63,960 nucleotides of DNA, filler included, from Lama guanicoe (GCA_013239625.1; 78 parts of 76 records of this genome joined end to end with filler, not necessarily neighbours in it); one strand, 5' to 3'. Shown: positions 38,233 through 50,636, numbered from the whole stretch's first letter. Notes: generated from the letters alone by a model not told the origin. Translations and numbers: made by a program.

Positions 38233-38889
38233 ATGTGTGTCTGTGTGTACTGGATTGCAAGGAAATGTATTTCTTGCTGTGGGCCCAGTCAAAAAATAGT
38301 GTGAAATTTTTCTAGGTTATATATAATTCAAAGTCAGTAATTACTTCTTAGGTTTTCTGTCTGTGGTAATGTGTTTATTGCTTGCCACACAAGAGCTTAA
38401 TAAATGTTTGAAATCAAAAAGGGTGAAGTGAGTGGTGAATAAAAAGAAAAAGAGTAGGAGTAGGGAGATAGGAAAAGAGGGGTACGGAGAGGAGGAAAGG
38501 AAGAAAGGGAGAGACAAAGAAGATCAAGGGAGGAAGGAAGAAAGGTTAATTCTGTGCTGGCTTCAGGGAGGGAAACTACTCAATTTCAGAGCACTGTGGG
38601 GTCGATACAGAGAATTATAGCCTGATTTAGAATAGATTCAATGATAAAAGTACTTTGGTGATTTCCTACTTTTTTTTTTATACTATTAGAGATACTGTGG
38701 TTGAGAACAGAGATTTTTATGAAAATGATAGAAAAAGTTCAAAATTCTGCCCCATGCAAATACAATTCACTTTTACCTTCCAACCAATTNNNNNNNNNNN
38801 NNNNNNNNNNNNNNNNNNNNNNNNNNNNNNNNNTTAATTAATTAANNNNNNNNNNNNNNNNNNNNNNNNNNNNNNNNNNNNNNNNNNNN

Positions 38890-39860
38890 TGGTGAGAATT
38901 CGCTCAAAGAGGCTTTTCTAGTGCCAAATGTCCGATTCATTACATGGTGACAGAAAAAACCTATGAAGTCAGAGTAAATATTTCAAAGTGCATACGTAAA
39001 TTGTTTGGTGTTTGAAACATCATTCATGCGCATGTTCACAGCTCAGAAATGCATGTTTCAGGAATCCGTGAGAATGAAACATGTTCTGTATACGGAATGC
39101 CATGGTTAGGTAAACAATGTAAATTANNNNNNNNNNNNNNNNNNNNNNNNNNNNNNNNNNNNNNNNNNNNNNNNNNNNNNNNNNNNNNNNNNNNNNNNNN
39201 NNNNNNNNNNNNNNNNNNNNNNNNNNNNNNNNNNNNNNNNNNNNNNNNNNNNNNNNNNNNNNNNNNNNNNNNNNNNNNNNNNNNNNNNNNNNNNNNNNNN
39301 NNNNNNNNNNNNNNNNNNNNNNNNNNNNNNNNNNNNNNNNNNNNNNNNNNNNNNNNNNNNNNNNNNNNNNNNNNNNNNNNNNNNNNNNNNNNNNNNNNNN
39401 NNNNNNNNNNNNNNNNNNNNNNNNNNNNNNNNNNNNNNNNNNNNNNNNNNNNNNNNNNNNNNNNNNNNNNNNNNNNNNNNNNNNNNNNNNNNNNNNNNNN
39501 NNNNNNNNNNNNNNNNNNNNNNNNNNNNNNNNNNNNNNNNNNNNNNNNNNNNNNNNNNNNNNNNATGTAGCATGTACGGAACACGGAATATCATGTTGAA
39601 GGTATCTATTCAAATTACATATCTCTAGGGTGTAGTATTCTCCACGAGAGGGTTTTTGTGATCAAAGTGTGATTTTTTTAACTGGTGTGATGAAAAGAAG
39701 ACGCAATGAATATAAATATATATAAGAGCGTAGATAACATGTTTGGTGTTTGAAACATCAGTCATGAGCATATTCACAACTCAGAAATGCATGTTTGAGG
39801 AATCCGTGTTCCATGAAACATGTTCGGAATACGGAATGCCATGGTTATGTAAATAATGTA
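38890..39860. repeat. Satellite E: tandem repeat with a 248-bp period
   Basis: GTTTGGTGTTTGAAACATCA block at ~39003 and ~39741; CATGT(A/T)CGGAA(C/T)ACGGAAT at 39571 and 39819. Confidence 0.8.
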
Positions 39861-39960
39861 NNNNNNNNNNNNNNNNNNNNNNNNNNNNNNNNNNNNNNNN
39901 NNNNTTAATTAATTAANNNNNNNNNNNNNNNNNNNNNNNNNNNNNNNNNNNNNNNNNNNN

Positions 39961-40552
39961 GGAAAACACACAGTAGAGAATAGAGAATAGAGAATATAGA
40001 ACCCAGAATATAGAATATGGAATGCAAAACACAGAATTTAGAATATAGAGTACAGAGTACTGAAAATAGAATTTAGAATATAGAATGTAGAACACAGTAT
40101 ATAGGATATAGAATACGGAATGCAGAATATAGAATGTAGAATATAGAATGAAGAACTCTGAAATAGAATATAGAATATAGAATTTAGAACCCAGAATTTA
40201 CAACATGGAANNNNNNNNNNNNNNNNNNNNNNNNNNNNNNNNNNNNNNNNNNNNNNNNNNNNNNNNNNTGCAGAACACAGTATTTAGAATATAGAATACA
40301 GAATAGTGAATATAGAAATTAGAAAATGGAATGCAGCACACAGAATTTAGAATATAGAATACAGAATACTGAATATAGAATGTTGAATATAGAATGAAGA
40401 ACACAAATTATACAATATAAAAAAGAGAACAAGGAACCCAGTAATTAGAAATGGAATGCAGAACACTGAATTTTGAATATAGAATATAGATTACTCAGTA
40501 TACAATTTAGAATATAGAATCTGGAACACAGAATACAGAATATAGATTACGG
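39961..40552 (+). repeat. Satellite B
   Basis: 7-mer array. Confidence 0.95.
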
Positions 40553-40652
40553 NNNNNNNNNNNNNNNNNNNNNNNNNNNNNNNNNNNNNNNNNNNNTTAA
40601 TTAATTAANNNNNNNNNNNNNNNNNNNNNNNNNNNNNNNNNNNNNNNNNNNN

Positions 40653-41494
40653 AGGTTCCACCAACGGTCGGCAGCGCGTGGGTTCTAACGGAAAGCATAA
40701 GTTCGTCACCCCTGCGTGTTTTCCTAATGTCTCTGTGACAGGGAATGCTAGGGGAGTTTGCAGGAAATCCCAGTTTCAGAGGCGGCCTCCCCTAGTCAGG
40801 GAAGGTATTTCTCGGAATTCCCCAAACAGGGAACACCTGTGACTGAAGAGAGCTGCGTGGAGTTGTCTCTCGAGCACGCACTGACAATGGTTCCGGAATC
40901 CTGAGCGTGGGAAGGTTCCACCAACGGTCGGCAGCGCGTGGGTTCTAACTTAAATCCTTAGCACGTCTCCCCTGAGAGTTTTCCTAATATCTGTGTGCCT
41001 GGGAATGCTTGGGAGGTTTGCAGGATATCCCAGAGACAGAGGCTGCCTCTCCAAGGTCAGGGAAGTTATTTCTCGGACTTCCCCGAACAGGGAACAACTG
41101 TGACTGAAGAGAACTGCGTATAGTTGTCTCACGAGCTCCCGCACGCACTGAAAATGGTTCCGGAATCCTGAGCGTTGGGAGTTTCCACCAACGGTCGGCA
41201 GCGCTTGGGTTCTAACGGAAAGCATAAGCTCGTCTCCCCTGAGGGTTATCCTGATGACTCTGTGCCTGGGAATGCTAGCGGGCTTTGCAAGATATCCCAG
41301 TGACAGAGGCTGCCTCCCCAAAGTCAGGGAAGGTATTTCTCGGACTTCCCCGAACAGGGAACACCTGTGACTGAAGAGAGCTGCGTGGAGTTGTCTCTCG
41401 GGCTCCCCCATGCACTGATAATGTTTCCGGAATCCTGAGCGTGTTGAGGTTCCAACAACGGTCGGCAGCGCGTGGGTTCTAACGGAAAGCCTAA
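40653..41494 (+). repeat. Satellite A, ~3 units
   Basis: Anchors at 40660, 40920, 41187, 41454 (spacing 260, 267, 267). Confidence 0.97.
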
Positions 41495-41748
41495 NNNNNN
41501 NNNNNNNNNNNNNNNNNNNNNNNNNNNNNNNNNNNNNNTTAATTAATTAANNNNNNNNNNNNNNNNNNNNNNNNNNNNNNNNNNNNNNNNNNNNTGTTGC
41601 ATCTCTCCTTTATGTAAACTACTTACTAACTGTCAATATTCTGTCATTAACATCTCTTTCCCTTCCATTTTGTTAAACATAAACTTTTTCCCATATCTTT
41701 GAGTCTGCTTAAGTCTTGTCTATCTAATCAATTTACCTGTCCAACATG

Positions 41749-41750
41749 TC

Positions 41751-41804
<54 letters not shown>

Positions 41805-41900
41805 AATCTATCTGTCTGTCTATCTATCAATCTCTCTATTTCTCTCTATCTATCTATCATGTATTATCCTTCTATCTATCTATTTATCTATCATCTATCA
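41749..41900 (+). repeat. (TCTA)n tetranucleotide microsatellite
   Basis: Perfect TCTA run followed by degenerate copies. Confidence 0.95.
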
Positions 41901-41939
41901 ATAGATAGCTATAGATAGATGTACACAGATATATGTTTT

Positions 41940-42305
41940 CCTTAAGATTCCACATATAAATTAAATTATATACTTTTGTCTTTGTCTAAGTTGCTTCACT
42001 AAGCACATTATTTACTAGGTCCATTTAGGATGCTGAAATAGCAATGTGTTATAAATTTTCATGGCTAAGTATTATTTCATTGCATATTTATAGAAACATG
42101 ATATCTTCTTATGTCCGTAGTCTACTGTGGACTCTTGTATTGCTTCCCTGTCTTGCATATTATAAACAGTGCTGTTGTGAACATTGGTTCCTCTCAATTT
42201 AGGGCTTTTTCCCCAGATTTTTCCTAGGAGACTTATTACTATATTACTGGGTCTTGTGGTAGTTAACTTTTTAGTTTTTAAAGAAATCTGAATACTCTTT
42301 TCCAA
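41940..42305 (-). mobile_element. Old LINE-1 3' region
   Basis: AGATTCCACATATAA..TTCACTAAGCA..CATGGCTAAGTATTATTTCATTG antisense text. Confidence 0.75.
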
Positions 42306-42416
42306 NNNNNNNNNNNNNNNNNNNNNNNNNNNNNNNNNNNNNNNNNNNNTTAATTAATTAANNNNNNNNNNNNNNNNNNNNNNNNNNNNNNNNNNNNNNN
42401 NNNNNATCAAAATTGA

Positions 42417-43388
42417 GGGAGGAGAAGAGGCAAGATGGCGGAGTAGAAGGACGCCTGTAAGCCACCCTCTCCCACAGATGCACCAAGACCCACATCCACA
42501 GACCCACTCAGCCAACCAGAGCACCTGCGGAACTCCGACAGAACATCGCCCTCTTCAAAAGATAAAGACGCCAAAAATCTGGTAGGAGAAAAGGAAAAAA
42601 GAAAGAACAAAAGGCAAAGCAGCGCGGGACGGGTCCCGCGGGGAGGGAGCGGCAAAGGAGGACTGGNNNNNNNNNNNNNNNNNNNNNNNNNNNNNNNNNN
42701 NNNNNNNNNNNNNNNNNNNNNNNNNNNNNNNNNNNNNNNNNNNNNNNNNNNNNNNNNNNNNNNNNNNNNNNNNNNNNNNNNNNNNNNNNNNNNNNNNNNN
42801 NNNNNNNNNNNNNNNNNNNNNNNNNNNNNNNNNNNNNNNNNNNNNNNNNNNNNNNNNNNNNNNNNNNNNNNNNNNNNNNNNNNNNNNNNNNNNNNNNNNN
42901 NNNNNNGCAAGGGGCTGGGCGCCGTGGCTGTGGGTGTACAGGACAGAACAACCTGGGCCCTCCATAAAACAGCAAGGTTGATGTGCTCTCGGGGGAAGGG
43001 TGCATGCCCCCATCTCTGAAAACCCGCGGAAACTTTTCAGGGGAAGAGAGATGGGGCCAAGGCACAGCCACCATATTCTCCGGCGCTTAGCTCCCAGGCG
43101 GGGGCAGGGGCGAAACCTGCATCCGCAACGAAGGGCTCAGCAGCCTCAAGGGCCAGACTGAGACGGGCCTACAGCCCGGGGCAGGTGGGATCCTTCCATC
43201 CTGGTCCCTCAGAGAACTTGCTCCACAAAGACAAACAAGGAGCTGGGTCTTGGCTCGGAGCAGGGACGAGGCTGCCCCTCGGTCTTCCCTGAGCCCACCC
43301 GCGGAGCGTGGCCAGGGCGGATCGCCGACCAGGGCGGAACGCGCAGCCGCACAGAGCAGCGGAGCTACTGGCGGCGCAGGCAGAGGGA
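42417..43388 (+). mobile_element. Young LINE-1 5' UTR / internal promoter (CpG-rich)
   Basis: Begins GAGGGAGGAGAAGAGGCAAGATGGCGGAGTAGAAGGACGC (CAAGATGGC YY1-type L1 start); CpGs retained. Confidence 0.85.
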
Positions 43389-44130
43389 NNNNNNNNNNNN
43401 NNNNNNNNNNNNNNNNNNNNNNNNNNNNNNNNTTAATTAATTAANNNNNNNNNNNNNNNNNNNNNNNNNNNNNNNNNNNNNNNNNNNNTGCAAAATGACC
43501 ACCATTTCTAATAACGGCAGAACTAGAGAATGCCACATAACAGGAAATCTTAAAAGAATTCAGCAGTTCAAAACTTATCATACAAGTATGGTTGAGAAAT
43601 CTACCCTGAATAGAAAAGCAGCAAGATGAAATGGAAAGAAGAAACCATTATTGGAAATGCAAGAAGAGCATGAGTGGCAAAAATAGAAACAAGAAGAAGG
43701 CAAGGTGGTCATCAAAACCCTAAAGATGGGAGAGGGAAGCAGGAAATCATAGGTGATTGGAAGCACTCTCTTAAGTGAATCAGCTTATTTGACTCTCTGT
43801 TTGAAGCGAAAGGAAAGATGCATAGCCTGACGTGTTTGCAAAACTAGCGAGAAGCAGACCAACAAAGAATCAAACCAACGAACAAGCACCAAAAGTGTAC
43901 GGATGGCTGAAATTTACCAAGGGAAACATGATTATTCAAAAGAAANNNNNNNNNNNNNNNNNNNNNNNNNNNNNNNNNNNNNNNNNNNNTTAATTAATTA
44001 ANNNNNNNNNNNNNNNNNNNNNNNNNNNNNNNNNNNNNNNNNNNNTTCATAGAGCTCAAAATTCCAAAGGTTTGAGTGTCACCACTGTCCCGAATCCTTT
44101 CAAACTTTTCCTTGAGGGCACTCAGAACTG

Positions 44131-44166
44131 CGTGTGTGTGTGTGTGTGTGTAGTGTGTGTGTGTGT
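44131..44166 (+). repeat. (GT)n microsatellite
   Basis: GT run with one interruption. Confidence 0.9.
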
Positions 44167-45565
44167 CCTTCTGGACTTAGTTTAGCCTGAAATGAGCAAA
44201 GGCATGTACCCCCCTTTTTACACAAACAGCAGACGACTTTCACAAATTTATAACTTTCAAAAATATAGGAACTGTAATGTAGAATTTTACAAGAGGCAGT
44301 GACCTTCAGGGCTGTCAACAATGGAGGCAGAACAGTTGGAGGGACAGCAGGTGCTCATTCTCAGTGGCTGAAGTCACGCAACATCCACGGCCACCTCTGG
44401 TTAATCTTATAGAGTTGGTGCTGTCTGCAGGCTTTCAGGGCTTTGCCCCCTCCCCACCAAATATATATATTAGGAAAAGCAGTGAGCCTTAGTATGAGAA
44501 ACAATAAAGAATTAGAAGGAGAAACTGAGTNNNNNNNNNNNNNNNNNNNNNNNNNNNNNNNNNNNNNNNNNNNNTTAATTAATTAANNNNNNNNNNNNNN
44601 NNNNNNNNNNNNNNNNNNNNNNNNNNNNNNAGATCATTTTGAGGAGTCTTAATATTTTTAATAATATTGTCTATCATTCTATGAAAATGGGATGTGTTCC
44701 ATATATGTAGATCTTTTAAAATTTATTTTGGTGATACTTCAAAAATTTCAATGTACCAATCTTCTAAATTTTTGTTAAATGTATCACTCATTTTATTTTT
44801 AATGCTGCTGTAATTGGAAATGCTGAGTTTCTTATGGGTGGGACTATATATCAATCTTCTTATTTCTAGAAGTCCTTAACAGCAATTACCCTAGTTATAT
44901 ATTTGCTACTTAAATCTATCCACAACAATTCCCCACCNNNNNNNNNNNNNNNNNNNNNNNNNNNNNNNNNNNNNNNNNNNNNNNNNNNNNNNNNNNNNNN
45001 NNNNNNNNNNNNNNNNNNNNNNNNNNNNNNNNNNNNNNNNNNNNNNNNNNNNNNNNNNNNNNNNNNNNNNNNNNNNNNNNNNNNNNNNNNNNNNNNNNNN
45101 NNNNNNNNNNNNNNNNNNNNNNNNNNNNNNNNNNNNNNNNNNNNNNNNNNNNNNTTCAAATAATTTCTAGTGAGAGTGTTGTTCTTGAAACCTAATTTGC
45201 ATCAATCTTTGAAGATTTAAGTTTCAGGAGCTTTGACTAAAGAACACCTGTCTTTAATCAGTAACGACAACTAAATGCTCAAGCAACATGTAAGAGCTTG
45301 AGCAAACTGCCCCTACCCCATAGTGCTGGGTGGCTGCAGCTGCAACTGAAGTCAGTGCTTACCTCTCCCAGTACGCTTGTGGTGATCTGATCAAAGTGGT
45401 TCGTCCAACAGTTTACCAGTAGTCTGTTGGACAAAGTCATAAAACATTGACTGAAGGTTGCTGGANNNNNNNNNNNNNNNNNNNNNNNNNNNNNNNNNNN
45501 NNNNNNNNNTTAATTAATTAANNNNNNNNNNNNNNNNNNNNNNNNNNNNNNNNNNNNNNNNNNNN

Positions 45566-46132
45566 TTCTTTTCAGTTGAAACTCCACTCCATTCATATAT
45601 ACGGGGAGGTACAAGCTCCAACTCTTTTTTACAGTGAAAACCGCAGAAACTTCAAACCGGAACAAGGAAACAGACTGAGAAACCAGAGTAAGTGTTTCTC
45701 CTGCAACCCGTTCCCTTTGTGCTGGATGAACGAACGTCTCTCCACATGCTCATTTCTGAGTGATAAGTGTGTGTGAAAGCCGTAATTCACCAAGCTTGAA
45801 GGGTACACAAAGTTTCTTTTCAGTTGAAACTCCACTCCATTCATATATACGGGGAGGTACAAGCTCCAACTCTTTTTTACAGTGAAAACCGCAGGAATTT
45901 CAAACCAGAACTAGGAAACAGTATGAGAAACCAGAGTAAGTGTTTATCATGCAACCCGTTCCCTTTGTGCTGGATGAACGAACGTCTCTCCACATGCTCA
46001 GTTCTGAGAGATAAGTGTGTGTGAAAGCCGTCCTTCACCAAGCTTGAAAGGTACACAAAGTTTCTTTTCAGTTGAAACCCCAGTCCATTCATATATACGG
46101 GGAGGTACAAGCTCCAACTCGCTTTTACAGTG
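45566..46132 (+). repeat. Satellite C, 2.3 units of 248 bp
   Basis: Unit restarts at 45576, 45824 and 46072. Confidence 0.97.
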
Positions 46133-46232
46133 NNNNNNNNNNNNNNNNNNNNNNNNNNNNNNNNNNNNNNNNNNNNTTAATTAATTAANNNNNNNNNNNN
46201 NNNNNNNNNNNNNNNNNNNNNNNNNNNNNNNN

Positions 46233-46783
46233 ATTCCAGAAACATTCTCAGTGCGTAGGGGAGATCGACAGACAAATCCACGCAGCTCTCTGCAGTCACA
46301 GGTGTTCCCTGTTTGGGAAAGTCCGAGAAATAACTTCCCTGACATTGAGGAGGCAGCCTCTGACACTGGGAATTCCTGCAAATCCTCCAAGCTTTCCATG
46401 GCACAGAGACATTAGGAAAATTCTCAGGGGAGACGAGCTTAGGCATTCCGTTAGAACCCACGCGCTGCCGACCAATGGAGGTACCTCCCCACGGTAAGGA
46501 TTCCGGAACCATTATCATTGCGTNNNNNNNNNNNNNNNNNNNNNNNNNNNNNNNNNNNNNNNNNNNNNNNNNNNNNNNNNNNNNNNNNNNNNNNNNNNNN
46601 NNNNNNNNNNNNNNNNNNNNNNNNNNNCTGGGACTTCCTGCAAACCCCCCTAGCATTCCCTGGCAGAGAGACATTAGGAAAACCCTCAGGGGAGACTAGC
46701 TTTGCAATTCCGTTAGATCACACGCGCTGCTGATTGTTGGTGAAACCTCCCCACGCTCAGGATTCCGGAACCATTGTCAGTGC
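46233..46783 (-). repeat. Satellite A (reverse orientation)
   Basis: GACGAGCTTAGGCATTCCGTTAGAACCCACGCGCTGCCGACC is the reverse complement of the unit motif. Confidence 0.95.
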
Positions 46784-48513
46784 NNNNNNNNNNNNNNNNN
46801 NNNNNNNNNNNNNNNNNNNNNNNNNNNTTAATTAATTAANNNNNNNNNNNNNNNNNNNNNNNNNNNNNNNNNNNNNNNNNNNNAATACAGAATTTCTTTA
46901 GAGACTCATCTCAGATTTAAGATGGGGAAGAAGCCATCCATTACTCAGAGGAAATCTTGAGAACTATGTAAACTGGATCTGAGATGTCTAGTCTTCTAAC
47001 ATTATTCATGGATTCATATTACCAAGTCTTAAAACTACCTGATAACCCACAGTGGTGATACTGATCATAAAAGCTGCCAATGCGGATCGAGCTCCGGCTA
47101 GGACTGCTCTGTTCTGACATCTCTGCCCCTGAGGCCTCACCAGGCTGAGAGCACTAAATTTTGTCATTCATGAGCATCTCGTGTAAGTCCTCCATTTGCG
47201 TTTCTCACTCTCCCCTCACCACCCCCTCTGAGGGAGGCACTGTTATCATCTTCCCCACCCTCACACAAGGCCACTGAGGCACAGAGACTAAACCCGTTCC
47301 AGGTCACATTGGCATTGAAGGACGTCTGTATTTCTGCTGTTTTGCTTTTGACAAAGGAACCTGAGATATCAATTCAAGGGAGACTGTTAAATAATCAAGT
47401 CTGTCAGGTCTTCACCTCAAAGAGCAGATAAATTCCTGATGTAGGATGAGGCTGCCGCCACAAACTGACTCAGCTTGAAATTAATATCCAAGATGAAGCA
47501 GTGGATACACGTAAATATTCACGACTGTCAACTCCGCTCACGAGTCTGGGCCCCTCACTGCCTGAACTGGGGTGAAATCCCCACCCGTGTCAGGGAGGGA
47601 AGCACAGATTTTCAAGGNNNNNNNNNNNNNNNNNNNNNNNNNNNNNNNNNNNNNNNNNNNNTTAATTAATTAANNNNNNNNNNNNNNNNNNNNNNNNNNN
47701 NNNNNNNNNNNNNNNNNTTATGATAGAGCATTCTTCCTAAGAAGTGTATGAAAGCTAAAAAAAAATCAAATAAATCTGATAGTTTTAGAAATAATGAAAT
47801 GTGAGGAAACTAGACTGAGTACAACTACTCATCATATGTCAACATATATGCTCAACAAACATTTGCACAGGTTGGCTTTGTTGGCACACAGGAGACCCCT
47901 CCTGGATTTAAGAATGGGTTCAGCTTCCTTTCCTGTTCTTTAAGATGGTGTGAGTGGGGAATGTCAGGACAGGAAGAAAGTTCTTTAGTTAAGCAGAGTC
48001 TGGGATTCCTTCCTGTCCACATACTTCCCGAAGGCTATTAAACAAGTGGAGAATGGATGTGGGGAGGAGGTCCTCTTTCTGGGGAGGAGATTGGTGTCTT
48101 GGCAGCTCTGTTTGAAGCTGCTATGGACCTGTGCCCTGGGCAAAGTAATGCTTTTCAAACATTATCCTACTTAATTCTCTCAGTGAGGCTGTGAGCTGTA
48201 GGTGGTGTTCTCATTTTAAAGTGAAGAAGCAGGATAAATAACTTGCACAAATAAGTATCTGAAGTGGGAGTCTAGCTGGGCTCCTGACTCCTGAAACAAA
48301 GACCTCTACACCTGGGTGTATGAGCATTTATGATGCACTTCCTGTATACTGAGGAAGCCAGGGGTGGATGATGGTCTAGATGCCGTTCAGTAAAATGTTT
48401 CCTATTTGATTATCTTCCCACGACGTGGCATTTTTAGTATTTGGTTTATGTTGGTTATGCTGAGGAAATAAACAGTATGAAACGCTTGAAATGAGCACTG
48501 GGCACTGTTGACC

Positions 48514-48648
48514 GTGCCCCACTGCCCCCCCGGAATTGTCTCCTCAGTGCCCCGCCCCCCAAGATTGTCCCCTTCGTGTCCCTCCACCCCAGGAATCATC
48601 TCCTCGGTGCCCCACCCCACCCCCCGGAATCATCTCCTTTGGTGTTCC
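48514..48648 (+). repeat. C-rich minisatellite, ~30-33-bp unit, ~4 copies, truncated by scaffold end
   Basis: Recurrent CCCC(A/C)GGAAT(T/C)(G/A)TCTCCTC(A/G)GTGCCCC. Confidence 0.75.
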
Positions 48649-49431
48649 NNNNNNNNNNNNNNNNNNNNNNNNNNNNNNNNNNNNNNNNNNNNTTAATTAA
48701 TTAANNNNNNNNNNNNNNNNNNNNNNNNNNNNNNNNNNNNNNNNNNNNTAAGATTATAAACTTTACCGTGGCAAGGGCAAGTCTCACTCATGTTTTCATC
48801 CATCCATGCTGCCTTGAACATACTTTTTAAAGTCAGGAACCAAAAAGATACATGAAAAGTCTGCAGTTGGAGAGAAAGGGGGGGAATGCAGAGCGTTAGC
48901 TTCCTGCCTCTGTGCTCAACAGCAGAGTGGGGCATCAGGTAGCAGAGCGCTCTTGTTCTCAGAGAGCACCTTCATAGCGAAGCCTCCTCCCCTTCCCCCA
49001 GGTCTTCTTCCTCTTCTTTTCCTCCTCCTCCTCCTCATCCTTCTCCCCTCCCCCTTCTCCTTCTCTCTCCTTTCCCTCCTCCTTCTTCCTTTCTTTTTGT
49101 CATTATTGAGTTGTGGTCTAATTTGATCTTCAGCTTTTTTGTTCACTTAGTCTCCTCTTTAAAATGGCCTGTGTGTTGGTATGAAATGCTTTGTGCTGTA
49201 AGTTCAGTAAAGGGGGAGCCCCTTTTTCACCTTTGAAAATTTGGTTCCAGAATTCAAGCACATAGACCAGTGACATCCCCAAAATGGGGGGGAGAATAAC
49301 CCAAGTGTTTGATGTTTCCTTACCTTATAAAATGCTGAGCCGTGATGCTGAGCATACTATAAAATAGGAACTATAGAAATAAGATTACATGAATTAAATT
49401 AGGTTTACTAATAATCTCACTTCTTCCTTAG

Positions 49432-49596
49432 ATTCAGGTCAGAAGACATTTAAAAGAAGATCTGTCATTAACTGGGCCTTCTGGCGGGGCTCGAGCACCC
49501 ACCTGGACAACCAGCCCGTGTTACCAACATAGACAGCTCTTCAGAGTGTCTTTGCCAGATATCTGTGAGAACGACAATCTACCCAAACCTCTCTTG
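49432..49596 (+). pseudogene. ARHGAP20: Frameshifted, unprocessed ARHGAP20-like exon (start of the RhoGAP domain)
   Basis: TTCTTCCTTAG| acceptor, (D)SGQKTFKRRSVINWAFWRGSSTHLDNQPVLPT/RQLFRVSLPDICENDNLPKPLL, |GTAAGT donor. Matches recalled ARHGAP20 (RRSIINWAFWRGSSTHLDNLP..GQLFGISLPNICENDNLPKPVL). An ~11-nt deletion creates TAG at 49530-49532. Confidence 0.88.
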
Positions 49597-50144
49597 GTAA
49601 GTCTCATTTTGGTCTGTAACANNNNNNNNNNNNNNNNNNNNNNNNNNNNNNNNNNNNNNNNNNNNTTAATTAATTAANNNNNNNNNNNNNNNNNNNNNNN
49701 NNNNNNNNNNNNNNNNNNNNNAAAAAGCCTGAACTATATAACCTCAGATTTCACGTTTACACTGCAAAGAAAATATCATCAAATATGAACAATGCTGACG
49801 ATATTTTGAAGTTCCTTATGGAACACATTGGAAAATACACATTTAAATATTATAGTCATTAAATTTAAAAAGTTAATATTTGCAGTAACGGTGAATGCCT
49901 CTTTTCAAAAGCAGCTTTAATACCTTTATATAGATTTCTGGAAAGATTCATAGTTGCAAGCAAAGTTTCTTATAATCGGAACACTTAATGCACTGTCCTC
50001 ATTCTTTAGAAAAATAAAGTATTTTAGCCATAGTAGTTTTATACAATTTTCAAAATTAACTTTACATTTATATTACCATAGATTGATGTACAAAATAAAC
50101 TTTTATATATAAGTTACCAAGTGGTAACTAAAGTTTCTGAATAC

Positions 50145-50636
50145 CTAGCTTAAAACAGAGAATTTTTTTCCTTCTGCCAGAAAGTCTGCTAGACACGCAG
50201 ATCTTTGAAAATTCTGCCACACTTCACTAAACCCGTAAAGTTTAAGCTGTCTAACTGAACTTTTCATACATCCAGTTTCAAATATCCTGAAAGGGGTCTT
50301 TCTTTCCAAAACTTCCTTCTTAAAGACATCTTCATCAATCACTATGGAAGTTCCATTATTATCCCACCAGATGGATTTAAACTGGTAACTCCCAGCCATT
50401 TTCCAGAATTTTCCTGGAAATGTCAGAGAACGAAAATAATTATCGTCATCTGGTTCAGAGAAACAATGTGTGTAACATGAAGACAAATTCTGAAAAGCAT
50501 TTTCTTCAATCATAGACCTCAAGTCCAAGTCCTCAGAGAATGTTTGATCACACAATAGAGATCTACCAGAATTTCCTGAACCAGTTGCTCCCAATTTATG
50601 AGACACATCTTGAATTTCTGAGGAAACATGTGCCAT
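50145..50636 (-). pseudogene. HSFY: HSFY (Y-linked heat shock transcription factor) exon 1, probable pseudogene copy, followed by part of the intron (49722-50144)
   Basis: MAHVSSEIQDVS..DLRSMIEENAFQ..FKSIWWDNNGTSIVIDEDVFKKEVLE..RQLKLYGF..FQRSA..SVLS matches the HSFY HSF-type DNA-binding domain; last exon codon is TAG (Lys expected) directly before a GTATTC donor; ~8-aa in-frame deletion. Confidence 0.92.

Noticed and set aside
41339..41355. CENP-B box in satellite A (minus strand GTTCGGGGAAGTCCGAG)
   Set aside because: Only 7 of 9 essential positions of NTTCGNNNNANNCGGGN match; the CGGG core is broken
45576..46110. Tandemly duplicated 66-aa and 77-aa genes
   Set aside because: Repeated ORFs simply reflect the 248-bp satellite unit
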